A DNA stretch of 64,000 bases from Myxococcota bacterium (GCA_040386535.1 JAZKFH010000008.1:79911-143910), one strand, 5' to 3'. Shown: positions 48,663-58,878, counted from the first letter of the stretch. Translations and numbers: made by a program. Notes: a model not told the origin generated them from the letters alone.

Positions 48663-48858
48663 GGGGGCGCCCAGGTGTGGAGCGCACCGTACTGGCGACC
48701 GACCGGCGCCGAACCTCACAGGCATCTCTCATGCTCGCCCGGTCGCGACCGCGCCCGGTCGGCTCCCCGCTCGCCACGCCTCCCCCGCCGCCGCACCGGC
48801 CCCGCGCCGCGCGGGGTCCGTGTGCCCTGGCCTTGCTCCGTCTGCTGCGGCGTCCGGA

Positions 48859-49983
48859 TCAGCCGATCCGTGGCACCAGCACGTCGAGGTCCTCGAGCGG
48901 CGCCGCCACGTACCGCTGGAGCGACCGGCTCACGATGCGCCCGGCGTGGTAGCCGCACGCCTGGCGGAGCGCGTCCGAGCGCGCGAGCGCGGTGTCGACG
49001 CCGTGGGAGAGCTCGAACAAGTAGGGGAGCAGGCTGTTGCCGAGCGCGCGGGAGGCGGTGCGCGCGACCTCGCTCGGGAGGTTGGGGATGCAGATGTGCC
49101 GCACGCCCTCGACCTCGTAGGCGGGCGACTCCGGCGTGGTGGGGCGGCTGGTCTCGCTGCACCCGCCCTCGTCGATGCTCATGTCGATGAAGAGGCAGCC
49201 CTCCTTCATGAGCCTTACATGCTGGCGCCGGAGCACCTTGGGGGCGGGCTCGCCGCGCACGGCCACGGCGCCGATGACGACGTCGGCCTGCTCGAGGTAG
49301 CGCGACAGGTGGTACTCGCTGGCCGTGGCGGTCACGACCATGCGGCCGATGGCGCGCTCGAGGCGCTGGAGCCGGCGCGGATCGCGGTCGAGCACGACCA
49401 CCTGGGCCCCGAGCGCCGCGGCTTCGGCGGCCGCCGCCTGCCCCGCCGTTCCGCCGCCGATGACGAGCACGAGGCAGGGCGGCACGCCGGAGGACCCGCC
49501 GAGCAGGAGGCCGGGGCCGTGGCCGGTCGAGGTGAGGTGGAACGCCGCGAGGGTGACGGCCACGCGCCCGCCGAGCGCGGAGAGCGGCTCGAGGATCGGA
49601 TACTCGTCGGGCTCCTCGCGCACCATCTCGCACGAGAGCGTCGTGGCCTTCTCGGCGATGAGCTTCTGGTGGAGCGCCGCGGGGGCGCTGGCGAGGTGCA
49701 GGAACCCCACGATCGTGCCGCCCGCGCGCACGAGCTCGAGCTCCGTCGCGAGCGGGGCGTGCACCTTGAGGAGGATGTCGGCGCCCGCCGCGACCTCGCG
49801 CGAGCCGTAGACGACCTGGGCGCCGGCCGCGAGGTAGTCGGTGTCGTTGAAGCCGGAGCCGAGCCCCGCGCCGTTCTCGACGAGCACCCCGTGGCCCGCC
49901 GCCACCAACGCGCGTGCGCCCTCCGGCGTGAGCGGGACGCGCCGCTCCTGCGGCGTGGTCTCTCGGACGAGCCCGAATTCCAT
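48859..49983 (-). CDS. Alanine dehydrogenase-like protein (divergent)
   Basis: ERRVPLTP, VLVENGAG.GSGF, GFLHLA, GLLLGG..GV, IDEGGC.ETS.PTT, ARTAS. Confidence 0.85.
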   Translation of the reverse strand: MEFGLVRETTPQERRVPLTPEGARALVAAGHGVLVENGAGLGSGFNDTDYLAAGAQVVYGSREVAAGADILLKVHAPLATELELVRAGGTIVGFLHLASAPAALHQKLIAEKATTLSCEMVREEPDEYPILEPLSALGGRVAVTLAAFHLTSTGHGPGLLLGGSSGVPPCLVLVIGGGTAGQAAAAEAAALGAQVVVLDRDPRRLQRLERAIGRMVVTATASEYHLSRYLEQADVVIGAVAVRGEPAPKVLRRQHVRLMKEGCLFIDMSIDEGGCSETSRPTTPESPAYEVEGVRHICIPNLPSEVARTASRALGNSLLPYLFELSHGVDTALARSDALRQACGYHAGRIVSRSLQRYVAAPLEDLDVLVPRIG

Positions 49984-50062
49984 GACACCCTCCAAGGGCG
50001 AAGAGTGCCACACTTCGGCTCCGCGCGGCGGCGGTCGAGGCGGGGCCGCCCCACGGAGCGGG

Positions 50063-50518
50063 TCAGGGCACGACGCGCCCGTCCTCGACGCGCCCTTCCT
50101 CGAAGCTGAGCGAGTAGCCGGGCCCGAGGCAGGCGGCGATCCGGTCGCCCGCGGGGATGCCGAGGTAGATCTCGCAGCGCGTGCACGCGATGGGAAACAC
50201 CAGCGCGCCGTCCTCGAGGAGGAACTGCGCGGTGGCGAGCGTGCCGTCCGGGAGCGCGGCGCCGACGCGCTTCACGGTGTCCAGCCCGGTGCCGCGCACC
50301 GTGACCTCCCGGATGCGCTCGTTCGCGTGGCGGACATGTACGGCCTCGATCTTGGGGCAGCGAGCCTCTACCGCGAAGGCCACCTCGGGCTCCAACGGCG
50401 TGTCCGGTTCGCCGCGAAAGCGGCCGCCGACCTGCCGCAACGTGTGGGTGGCGAACGTCACGTCCTGGGGGGGATCGAGGGGGTTGCAGCGACAGGCGAG
50501 GAGGAGGGCGAGGAGCAT
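50063..50518 (-). CDS. Hypothetical Cys-containing lipoprotein
   Basis: MLLALLLAC lipobox. Confidence 0.6.
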   Translation of the reverse strand: MLLALLLACRCNPLDPPQDVTFATHTLRQVGGRFRGEPDTPLEPEVAFAVEARCPKIEAVHVRHANERIREVTVRGTGLDTVKRVGAALPDGTLATAQFLLEDGALVFPIACTRCEIYLGIPAGDRIAACLGPGYSLSFEEGRVEDGRVVP

Positions 50519-50549
50519 GGGGACCGCGTCGTGAATATAGTGGGGGCGT

Positions 50550-52313
50550 ATGTCCGGCACGCCCGAGCGCACCCGCTACTGTAGCCGTTGCCTGACGACC
50601 TTTCCGGCGGATGCGCCGAAGTGCCCGAACCTCGGGTGTCGCTGGGCACGGCCGGCCACCGGCTGGGGCGAGCTGCTCGAGGCGGACGAGGTGATCGACC
50701 GCACCTACCGCATCCACGCGCGGCTCGCGATCGGCGGGGCCGGCGTGACCTACCTCGGCGGTGAGCTCGGTCCCGACGGCACCGCCGAGGTGGGGCCGCG
50801 CGTCGCGATCAAGGTGCTCTACCAGCAGCGCGACCAGGGCTCCTACCTGCGGCGGCTCTCCACCGAGGCGCAGATCCTCCAGGGGATGAACCACCCCCAG
50901 ATCGTCGAGTGCCGCGGGTTCGTGCACCGCTCCGGCCACTCGCCCTACCTGGTGACCCGCTACGAAGAGGGCGGGAGCCTGCTCGACCACATCCGGCGCG
51001 TCGGCACCTTGTCGATCCCGGTGGTGGCCGGCATCGGGAGGCAGGTGTGCTGGGCGCTCGACGTGGCGCATCACCAGGGCGTGGTGCACCGCGATCTGAA
51101 GCCCGAGAACGTGCTCCTCGTACGGGAGGTCGCGGCCGACCACATCCCCGAGATCCGCGTCGCCGACTTCGGCATCGCCAAGGTGTTCGGGGGCGTGGGC
51201 GACCGCCTGACCCGCGTGGGCGCCTTCGTCGGCACCCCCCAATACGCCGCCCCCGAGCAGTTCGACGGCCTCGCCCCCGAGCCCGCGACCGACGTGTACG
51301 CGGTCGGCGCCCTCCTCTACTTCTGCATCTCCGCGCGTCCGGTCGCGGACTTCATGGCCGAGCTCGACCCCGACTCGCAGAAGGACCACCTCGTCCGCCA
51401 CCTCCCGCCCAAGCTCGAGCCCGAGCACGGCAGCCCCGAGCTGCGCCGCTGGATGGAGGAGACCTTGGCGGTCGCGATGGCGGTCGACCCCGGCGATCGG
51501 TGCGACGTCTCCCAGCTCGAGGCGCGCCTCGCCGCCATCCAGGACGGGCGCGACCCCGGCTTCGTCCGCCTGCCGCCCGCGGGCAGCATCGTGCCTGGAT
51601 CGCGCACCATCCAGGCCTCCGGGCCGACCCACACCGCGGACACGCTCGACACCGCCTTCGTGAGCCCGCTGCTCACCGACGAGGGCGTGGTGCCCTCGCT
51701 CGTGTCGCCAACTCCGGTGCGAGGCCCGCCGCCGGTGCCGCCACGCGGGCCCCCGCCGGTGCCGCCGTTGGCGCCGTCGTCGGCTTCACTCGCGCCGTCG
51801 TCGTCGCTGGGCGTGCCGGCCGGGGTTGTGCCCCGCCCGACCCCCACCGCGCAACGCACCCCGACCTCCCACCGCACCCCCACCGCCACCCGCACGCCGG
51901 ACACCCAGCGCGCGCCCGCCCGATCGTCGGCCGCGCCCATCGGCTGTGGCCTGCTCGCGGCCGGCGGCGTGGGCGTCACGCTGGTGCTGCTGGCGGTCCT
52001 CGCGTGGATCTACGTGCCCGCTTCGGCCCGCGTCCTGACCGGCACCGAGACGTCCGCGGACGACATCCGCGACTGGGCCCTGGTGGCGGGTACCCTCGGC
52101 GAGCGCGGCGTGGCCGCCGAGGTGGCGTGTGGCGCCCCCGGCTACCTCGCCATCCAGGTGGTGGTGGAGGGAGACGGCACCGTGCGCGGCGCCAGGCTCC
52201 TGAACTACCCGCACGAGCCGACGCGCGCGTGCATCGAGACCGAGCTGAAGAAGGCGAAGTTCCCGCGGCAGGGCAAGGACACGATCCAGGTGGCGGTGTC
52301 GCTCCAGAAGTAG
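50550..52313 (+). CDS. Hanks-type Ser/Thr protein kinase (N-terminal Zn-ribbon-like, TM, C-terminal TonB-C/AgmX-like domain)
   Basis: CSRC...CPNLGC; VAIK, HRDLKPEN, DFG, GTPQYAAPE; CIETELKKAKFP. Confidence 0.93.
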   Translation: MSGTPERTRYCSRCLTTFPADAPKCPNLGCRWARPATGWGELLEADEVIDRTYRIHARLAIGGAGVTYLGGELGPDGTAEVGPRVAIKVLYQQRDQGSYLRRLSTEAQILQGMNHPQIVECRGFVHRSGHSPYLVTRYEEGGSLLDHIRRVGTLSIPVVAGIGRQVCWALDVAHHQGVVHRDLKPENVLLVREVAADHIPEIRVADFGIAKVFGGVGDRLTRVGAFVGTPQYAAPEQFDGLAPEPATDVYAVGALLYFCISARPVADFMAELDPDSQKDHLVRHLPPKLEPEHGSPELRRWMEETLAVAMAVDPGDRCDVSQLEARLAAIQDGRDPGFVRLPPAGSIVPGSRTIQASGPTHTADTLDTAFVSPLLTDEGVVPSLVSPTPVRGPPPVPPRGPPPVPPLAPSSASLAPSSSLGVPAGVVPRPTPTAQRTPTSHRTPTATRTPDTQRAPARSSAAPIGCGLLAAGGVGVTLVLLAVLAWIYVPASARVLTGTETSADDIRDWALVAGTLGERGVAAEVACGAPGYLAIQVVVEGDGTVRGARLLNYPHEPTRACIETELKKAKFPRQGKDTIQVAVSLQK

Positions 52314-52474
52314 GGCAGACGGTCCGCGCGGACGCGGCCGCTGCGGCGGCGGGGTGGGCGGGGCGTCCGCAGCCACCCGGGGCCGAGGATCTCGCCGGTG
52401 ATGCCCTGCGGGAGCGCGACGATCTGTTGATACAGCTCTTCGAACGTCGGCTGTGCTCGCGGGGCCTCACCCAT
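52314..52474 (-). pseudogene. Remnant of a Uma2-family putative endonuclease gene (N-terminus only)
   Basis: GGAG RBS + MGEAPRAQPTFEELYQQIVALPQGITGEILGPGWLRT, then similarity is lost and the frame collides with the kinase 3' end. Confidence 0.6.
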
Positions 52475-52547
52475 GCTCCGAGGGTAGCCGCGCGGCCGGG
52501 GCCGGTCAACGCGACGGCCCGCGCCTGATTTTACTCACAACCCCGAT

Positions 52548-53636
52548 CTACTCACACCCCGCCGCGCCCACCCGCGCGGTCATCACCCAGGCCGCGGCGG
52601 TCTCGCCGACCTTGGCGGTCGCGGTGTCGAACGCCGCCCGCGAGGGGTACACCCCTGTGTAGAGGTCGAGCTGGTGGAGGTTGCCCGTGAACGCGCCGCC
52701 CGTGTCCGCGAGCACCACGAGGCGCAGGCCGTCGGCGGATTTGAGCGCGAGGAGACGGCCGAAGCCGAGCGCGTCGAGATCCCCGGCGACCGCCACGAAC
52801 GGGCGCAGGTTCGGGCCGGGCACGGCCTCGGGGGCCCACCCGCGCACCGCGTCCATCGGGCGGAAGTACCAGTACCGGCGCTGTTGCCGCGTGTCTGTCA
52901 CGCCGCGTTGGTAGGGGATGCCATTGTGACGGTGCACGTTGTAGAGCCGCGGCGCCGGTGTGTCGGGCAGGGTCACCGCGATGGTGCCCTGCATCAGGGC
53001 CTCCTCGTGGTGGGCGTGCGTGAGCCACACCAGCGGATCGGCGCGGCCCGCCGCGGCGCCCCCTTCGCGGTACACCCCACCGGACACGTCCTGGCGGGTG
53101 TAACGAAAGCGGTCGAGCGTGGCACGTTGGGTGTCGGCCTGTGTCACGGTGAGCCCCGCCTCGTCGTTTGGCACCTCCCAGAGCGCGTGGCCGTGGGTGG
53201 TGTCGGGCGTGGCGCGGCCATCGACACTGTAGACGAGGTACCGCGTGAGCCGGAGGACCTCGCCGGTCCGTGCCACGTCGGGCACCCAGCGCCACGTGTC
53301 GAAACACCTCCCGAGGAAAGCCGGGTCCGCGAGGCGGTCGGCGCCGGTCGCGGCGTCCTCCGCGGCGACACGTGTCACGAACGCGAGGGTGTCGGCCACG
53401 GCGGTGGCGCCGGTGAACGCGCCGGGCACGCCGGGGGTGACACCGGGCGCCGCGGCGAGCACCCGCGACGTGTCGGCGGCGACGGCGCCGAGGTCGGCGG
53501 AGGGGGCGCGGGGGGCGGACCATGGCGGGGCTTCGGGGCGGAAGCGCTGGGGATCGGACGACACCGGGGCCGCGGCGAACGCGGGCGTCGTGAGGGCGAG
53601 GGCGAGGGCGATGTGGATGCGCCGATGGATGAACAT
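52548..53636 (-). CDS. MltA/3D-domain lytic transglycosylase-like secreted protein
   Basis: LTRY, LVWL...EEALMQGT, HNGIPY, YWYF, SVA-like VAVAGD, LADTGGAF...LDLYTG. Confidence 0.8.
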   Translation of the reverse strand: MFIHRRIHIALALALTTPAFAAAPVSSDPQRFRPEAPPWSAPRAPSADLGAVAADTSRVLAAAPGVTPGVPGAFTGATAVADTLAFVTRVAAEDAATGADRLADPAFLGRCFDTWRWVPDVARTGEVLRLTRYLVYSVDGRATPDTTHGHALWEVPNDEAGLTVTQADTQRATLDRFRYTRQDVSGGVYREGGAAAGRADPLVWLTHAHHEEALMQGTIAVTLPDTPAPRLYNVHRHNGIPYQRGVTDTRQQRRYWYFRPMDAVRGWAPEAVPGPNLRPFVAVAGDLDALGFGRLLALKSADGLRLVVLADTGGAFTGNLHQLDLYTGVYPSRAAFDTATAKVGETAAAWVMTARVGAAGCE

Positions 53637-53681
53637 GCCCGTCCCTTCGGATCGCCCCTAACGAGGCGATAGACCGTCCGG

Positions 53682-54500
53682 ATGTCCGACGACCTCTTCG
53701 TCCTCGAAGGCCGGCTGCCTGTTCTCGCCGCGCCGGTCGGCCTCGCCTCCTACGACTACGACTTCCGCGCGCACTTCCAGTGCCGCTCGCTGCTCGTGGC
53801 TCCGGACGGCCCGGTGATCGCGCGCGTCGGCGCCATCGACGACTACGCACCCCGCTACCACGCGCTCCTGGCCGACGGCATCCGCCTGATCCACGACCCC
53901 GACGAGCACGACCGTTGCTCGCTCGCCAGCGGCTGGGCGCCCCTGCTCGCCGAGTTGACCCCGGAGACCTGGGTGGCCGACGAGCTCCCGCCGGTGGCCG
54001 AGGTCGAGGCGCGCTTCGGTTGGCCCGTGTTCGTCAAGGGAGACCGCCAGACCAGCCGCCATCGCGGCGAGCTCTCCATCGCGCGCTCGCCCGAACACTA
54101 CGAGCGGATCCGCGCGGCGTGGGGCGGCGACCGCATCTTGCGGTGGCAACGGGCGGCGGTGCGGCGCTTCGTGCCGCTCCGCTACGTCGGCGAGCGCCCC
54201 GAGGGCATCCAAGCCAGCCACGAGTTCCGCGTCTTCTGTTGGCGCGGGTGTGTCGTCGGCGTCGGGGCCTATTGGACCTCCCACGCCTACGCGGCCACCG
54301 CCCCCGAGCTGGCCGCGATCACGCGACTCGCAGAGGAGGCCGCGCGGCGCGTGGCGGTGCCCTTCCTGGTCGTGGACGTGGCCCAAGCCGCTACGGGCGA
54401 GTGGCTGGTCATCGAGTGCAATGACGCGCAGGAGGCGAGCTACGCCGGGGTGGTGCCGCTGGCGTTGTGGGCGGCGATCCTGGGGGCGGAGGGGGGGTAA
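53682..54500 (+). CDS. ATP-grasp domain protein (R2K-like)
   Basis: WPVFVK, EFRVF, FLVVDVAQ...WLVIECNDAQ. Confidence 0.8.
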   Translation: MSDDLFVLEGRLPVLAAPVGLASYDYDFRAHFQCRSLLVAPDGPVIARVGAIDDYAPRYHALLADGIRLIHDPDEHDRCSLASGWAPLLAELTPETWVADELPPVAEVEARFGWPVFVKGDRQTSRHRGELSIARSPEHYERIRAAWGGDRILRWQRAAVRRFVPLRYVGERPEGIQASHEFRVFCWRGCVVGVGAYWTSHAYAATAPELAAITRLAEEAARRVAVPFLVVDVAQAATGEWLVIECNDAQEASYAGVVPLALWAAILGAEGG

Positions 54501-54670
54501 CGGAGGGCGTACGTTTCGGGCAGGTCGTCGGGCTCGTGTCCGGCGTCGGCCTGGTCGACCCGTTCACGGGCACCAGCGTGCTCGACCCCGCGGTGCAGGG
54601 CTGGAACGGCACCGACGACCGATCTCGACTTCAGTCGGCCGGCCAGCGCCAATCCCGACTCGCTGACCGG

Positions 54671-54812
54671 AGTCGAGAGATGCTCGGTCATCGGCCGACC
54701 GCGGTCCTCCCAGGCGGACTGCAGTCGAGCGATGCTTGGTCATCGTCCGACCGCGGTCCTCCCAGGCGGACCGCAGTCGAGAGATGCTCGGTCACCGGGC
54801 GACTGTGGTCCT
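54671..54812. repeat. 52-bp imperfect tandem repeat, about 2.7 copies
   Basis: AGTCGAGAGATGCTCGGTCATCGGCCGACCGCGGTCCTCCCAGGCGGACTGC starting at 54671, 54723 and 54775. Confidence 0.9.
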
Positions 54813-54908
54813 GCCCGCGATCCTCGGTGCCGAGCAAACACGATCGAAGGCAAAGCAGGAAGGCAGGAAACAAGGAAGGCAGGAAGCGGAAAAGAGGCAG
54901 GGAAGCCC

Positions 54909-57326
54909 TCAGTGCCGCTCCTCCACGTCCTTCAGCAGCTCGTCCACCCGCTTCTCCAACGCCTCCATGCGCGCCTCCATCTCGTTGGGCGTGGCGCCGG
55001 GCGTCGTGGCGCGGGCGCGGATCGTCGTGATCGCGGTCGCGGCGGCCGTGCGCAGGTCGCGGCCGGTCTCCACGCGGCGGAGGGCCTCGAGGCGGCTGAC
55101 CGTGGCGCTGTCGCCGACCTGGGCGAGGATGGCGACAGCGCCTTCGCGGCAGCGCAGGTCGGAGTCGTCGAGCATGTCCTCGGTGGCGCGGGCCACGTCG
55201 CGGAACAGGCGGTCGCGGGCGAGGCCGGGGTCCTGGCGGGAGGCGAGGCGGGCGGCGGCGCGCAGGGCGTGGAGGCGCGCGCGTTCGGGCCCCTCGATGC
55301 GGAGGAGGGCGGCGAGGTCGGCGGGGGCGCCGTGTTCGCCGAGCACGCCGGCCGCGGCGGCCATCAGCTTCAGGTCCTCCAGCGCCTTCGGGCGGAGCCG
55401 GGTGCGGGCGAGCTTCGCGGCCGCGGCGCCGTCGAGCCGCGCGAGGGACGTGAGCGCCAGCGCGGCCACGTCGGGGTTGGGATCCCGCGCCACCCGCTCG
55501 GCGAGCGCGGGGGCCGCCGCCTTGCCGACCGAGGCGCCGAGGGCCTCCGCGACGGCCTCCCGGACGAGATCGTCGGGGTCGTCCAGCAGCGGGAGGAGCG
55601 CGACGTGCGCGCGTTGGGCGCCGAGGGCGCGCACGGCGGCACGTCGCATCACCACGCTCGTTTTCGTGTCGGCGGCGAGGGCCGCGAGGACTTCGGACCG
55701 CGGCGTGTCGCCGAGCGCCTCGATGGCGAGGAGGCGGGCATACGGAGCGGACGAGCGCGCCTGGGCCTCCCACGCGGCGGGGTCCTGGGTCTGGGTGACC
55801 TTCGCGAGCACGCCGCCGCGCGGATCGAACGCCACGTAGGTGGGCGCCGCGGCGAGGGGCACGCGCAGCTCCACGTCCTCGTCGGTGAGCCACCCCTTCG
55901 CGACCACGGGGCCGTCGGGCCCGCCCACCTCGACCTCGACGGGCAGCGTGTACACAGGCCGCTCCGTGCCCGTGGCCTGGCGCACGGTCACGACGACCGC
56001 GCCGTCCGCGTACGTCGAGGACACCGTCAGCTCGGGCACGTAGGGCAGGTCCACCCACTGTTGGAAGAACCAACCGAGCTCCTGCCCACTCACGTCCTCC
56101 ATCGCATCCACGAAGTCCTGGGTGTCCACGAGCGCGCGCTGGTGGCCCTGGGTGTAGCGACGGATGCCCGCCCAGAACACGTCCTCGCCAAGCATCACGC
56201 GCAACATCTGGAGCACGCTCGCGCCCTTGTTGTAGACGTTCACGCTGTCCGGCGCGCCCGCCCCCGCGTGGAACCGCCCCGCGAGCGCCTCGGTGGCGAG
56301 GCTCGCCCGGTAGCGCCCGAACACGCCGTTGGCCCACTCGTCGGCCCCCGAGACCCCGGCCAGCGGCGAAGCCTCCCAGTCCGCCGCGAAGAACGTGGCG
56401 AAGCCCTCGTTGAGCCACATCTCGCGCCAGTTCCGGCACGTGAGCAGGTCGCCGTACCACTGGTGGGCGAGCTCGTGCGCCACCACGCTCGCGATGCGGG
56501 GGGCGCGGGTGCCGGCGACACGGTCGTTGCCGACCATCCAGCGATCCTCGATCGTGGCGGAGGTGTTCTCCATGCCCGTGTAGAGGAAACGTTGGACGAA
56601 CACCTGCCGATAGCTGCCCCACGGGTACGGAACGCCGGTACGTTCGGCGAAGTGCGCCATCATCCCGGGGATCGGATCGAGCACGCGCGCCACGCCGCCC
56701 TTCGATGTGCCCGGCGGCACCCACGCGCTGATCGTGTCGGTGCCGTGCACCTCGTAGGGGCCCGCCGCCACCATGACGAGGTAGTTCACCAGGTCGTGGC
56801 CGCTGTTGGTCAGCACCTTCCAGCCGGCCGGCGCCGTGATGGCGCCCTCGTAGACGAAGCGGTCGTTGGGGTGGTCCCACCCGGGAAACCAGTAGCGGTT
56901 GTCGGTGCCCTCGCCTTGCGACCACACCTCCCCGTGTGTGTCAGCGGCGCCCGGGCGGCGGAAGTGCAGGCCGTCGCGCGGGGTGGCGCGGTAGCGGACC
57001 GCCACGTCGGCCGTGTCCCCGGGGACCTCGATGACCAGCGTGTCTCCGGCGGTGCGCCACTTCAGCGGGGCGTCGCCGGCGCGCACATCCTCGATGGTCA
57101 GCGCGATCTGGTCGAGCACGAGCGGCCCGGCGGCGAGCCGACGCACGGTCCAGGTCGCGGTGCCCGCCACGGTGCCCGCCTCCGGATCGAGCGCCAACGC
57201 GAGCCGCAGGCGCTCCATGTCGAAGGCGCGGTCGGGCGTGAAGCCGCGCGCGTCGGGGGCCAGCAGCGGCGGGGCGGCCGCGGCCGGCGAGAGGAGGGCG
57301 AGGAGCGCGAGGGTGCCGAGCGACAT
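54909..57326 (-). CDS. M1-family aminopeptidase with C-terminal HEAT repeats and coiled coil (exported)
   Basis: TGMEN, HELAH-x18-E (WLNEGFA), YNKGA; HEAT repeats. Confidence 0.95.
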   Translation of the reverse strand: MSLGTLALLALLSPAAAAPPLLAPDARGFTPDRAFDMERLRLALALDPEAGTVAGTATWTVRRLAAGPLVLDQIALTIEDVRAGDAPLKWRTAGDTLVIEVPGDTADVAVRYRATPRDGLHFRRPGAADTHGEVWSQGEGTDNRYWFPGWDHPNDRFVYEGAITAPAGWKVLTNSGHDLVNYLVMVAAGPYEVHGTDTISAWVPPGTSKGGVARVLDPIPGMMAHFAERTGVPYPWGSYRQVFVQRFLYTGMENTSATIEDRWMVGNDRVAGTRAPRIASVVAHELAHQWYGDLLTCRNWREMWLNEGFATFFAADWEASPLAGVSGADEWANGVFGRYRASLATEALAGRFHAGAGAPDSVNVYNKGASVLQMLRVMLGEDVFWAGIRRYTQGHQRALVDTQDFVDAMEDVSGQELGWFFQQWVDLPYVPELTVSSTYADGAVVVTVRQATGTERPVYTLPVEVEVGGPDGPVVAKGWLTDEDVELRVPLAAAPTYVAFDPRGGVLAKVTQTQDPAAWEAQARSSAPYARLLAIEALGDTPRSEVLAALAADTKTSVVMRRAAVRALGAQRAHVALLPLLDDPDDLVREAVAEALGASVGKAAAPALAERVARDPNPDVAALALTSLARLDGAAAAKLARTRLRPKALEDLKLMAAAAGVLGEHGAPADLAALLRIEGPERARLHALRAAARLASRQDPGLARDRLFRDVARATEDMLDDSDLRCREGAVAILAQVGDSATVSRLEALRRVETGRDLRTAAATAITTIRARATTPGATPNEMEARMEALEKRVDELLKDVEERH

Positions 57327-57492
57327 CGCGGAAGCGTACCGCAGCGTTCGTTCGGGCGACCGACGCGGGCCGCGGTGCCCATCGCCGAGGCGGCGCCGAC
57401 CGCGGCCCCGGGGCGGTGTCGTGTGGGGGTATGAGCCGGGCGAACCTGTGCGCCGAGTGGTCCGAACCCGAGGCGCGAGGCATGAGAGGCGC

Positions 57493-58878
57493 ATGCTGAT
57501 GCTGTTTGCCGTCGCCGCGGCCCAGGATCTCCCCTGGGTCTGCCCGCCTGTCGCCGCGCCCGCCGACGCGCACGTGTACCGGAGCGCGGGCGTCGGCGCG
57601 CAGGCCGCCCTGGATCCGGTCCGGGCGCTCGCCGTCGCCTGGGAGGCCTACGACTGTGCGTGGGTCGAGACCACCGGCGGAGACAGCGAGACCCGGTTCA
57701 CGTTCGAGCGCGTGTGCGACGACGGATCCGTGCGCATCACGTCTTGGTCGTCGTGGCACCGGCGCTCGGACACCTCGGAGTCCGAGTACACCCTGAGCGT
57801 CGTCGTCCCGACCGGCGAGACGTGGACCAACCTGCTCCTCGACACGTACGAGACCACCGGCTGGGACCGCTACGACAGCGACGGGTCCCGCTCCAGCAGC
57901 AGCACGGCGCTCGCCACGTGGTCCGGCGCGATCGACGGGCTGCCGGACGACGCGTGGATCGAGATCGTGGCGGCCTCGTCGGACTCGGGCGGGTACGCGT
58001 CCGCGTCGACCACGGTCCACACGCCGGCGTGCGGCTGGGCCTGGGACCGCACCCTTGTCTCGACCAGCCCCGCCTTCGAGGAGTCCGTCTCGACGCAGGG
58101 CCACACGGTGGCGGTGTGGAGCGGTTACGACGACACGTGTGGTCAGGAGGGCGCGTACGCCTCGCTGGACGGGGTGCGCGTCGGCGCCGTGGATCCCGAC
58201 ACCTGGGCGCGCGACCTCGCCGACGCGGACGGCGACGGCTGGCCCGCCGGGAGCGGCGACTGCGACGACGCCGATCCCGCCCGCTCCGAGTGCCTCTCCG
58301 ACACGCCGAACGACGGCATCGACCAGGACTGCGACGGCGCCGACCGGGTCGAGGCCGACGTGGACCAGGACGGGTTCGACAGCGTCGCCCTCGGCGGGCC
58401 GGACTGCGACGACGCCGACGTCGACACGTTTCCCGGGGCGCGCGATGTCGCGGGCGACGGTGTGGACCAGGACTGCGACGGCGCGGACGACCTCGACGCG
58501 GACGGCGACGGGTACACCGCCGACGGAGACCTGCGGGAGGCCGACTGCGACGACGCCGACGCGGCGCGGAACCCGGGCGAGCAGGACATTCCTTACGACG
58601 GGATCGACCAGGACTGCACCGGCGCCGACGATGCCGACCTGGACGGCGACGGCGCGGACGCGCGCGAGGCCGGCGGGCTCGACTGTGACGACCATGCGCA
58701 GCTCATCGGACCGGATGCGTACGAGCACCCTTGCGACGGCGTAGACCAGGACTGCGACGGCACCGACGCGTGCCTCTCCACGGACACCCCGGCCGAAACG
58801 GGCTGTGGGAGCCGGGCGGCGTGGCTCGGGCTGCTGCCAGCGGGGCTGTTGGCGCGGCGGAGGCGCCGCACGGCGTAA
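57493..58878 (+). CDS. Secreted MopE-like Asp/Cys-repeat protein with MYXO-CTERM-like tail
   Basis: Four DGxDQDC motifs; C-terminal GCGSRAAWLGLLPAGLLARRRRR. Confidence 0.82.
   Translation: MLMLFAVAAAQDLPWVCPPVAAPADAHVYRSAGVGAQAALDPVRALAVAWEAYDCAWVETTGGDSETRFTFERVCDDGSVRITSWSSWHRRSDTSESEYTLSVVVPTGETWTNLLLDTYETTGWDRYDSDGSRSSSSTALATWSGAIDGLPDDAWIEIVAASSDSGGYASASTTVHTPACGWAWDRTLVSTSPAFEESVSTQGHTVAVWSGYDDTCGQEGAYASLDGVRVGAVDPDTWARDLADADGDGWPAGSGDCDDADPARSECLSDTPNDGIDQDCDGADRVEADVDQDGFDSVALGGPDCDDADVDTFPGARDVAGDGVDQDCDGADDLDADGDGYTADGDLREADCDDADAARNPGEQDIPYDGIDQDCTGADDADLDGDGADAREAGGLDCDDHAQLIGPDAYEHPCDGVDQDCDGTDACLSTDTPAETGCGSRAAWLGLLPAGLLARRRRRTA

Noticed and set aside
54671..54812. 52-bp repeats as a CRISPR array
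   Set aside because: Units are contiguous with no unique spacers, fewer than three full copies, and no cas genes in the window
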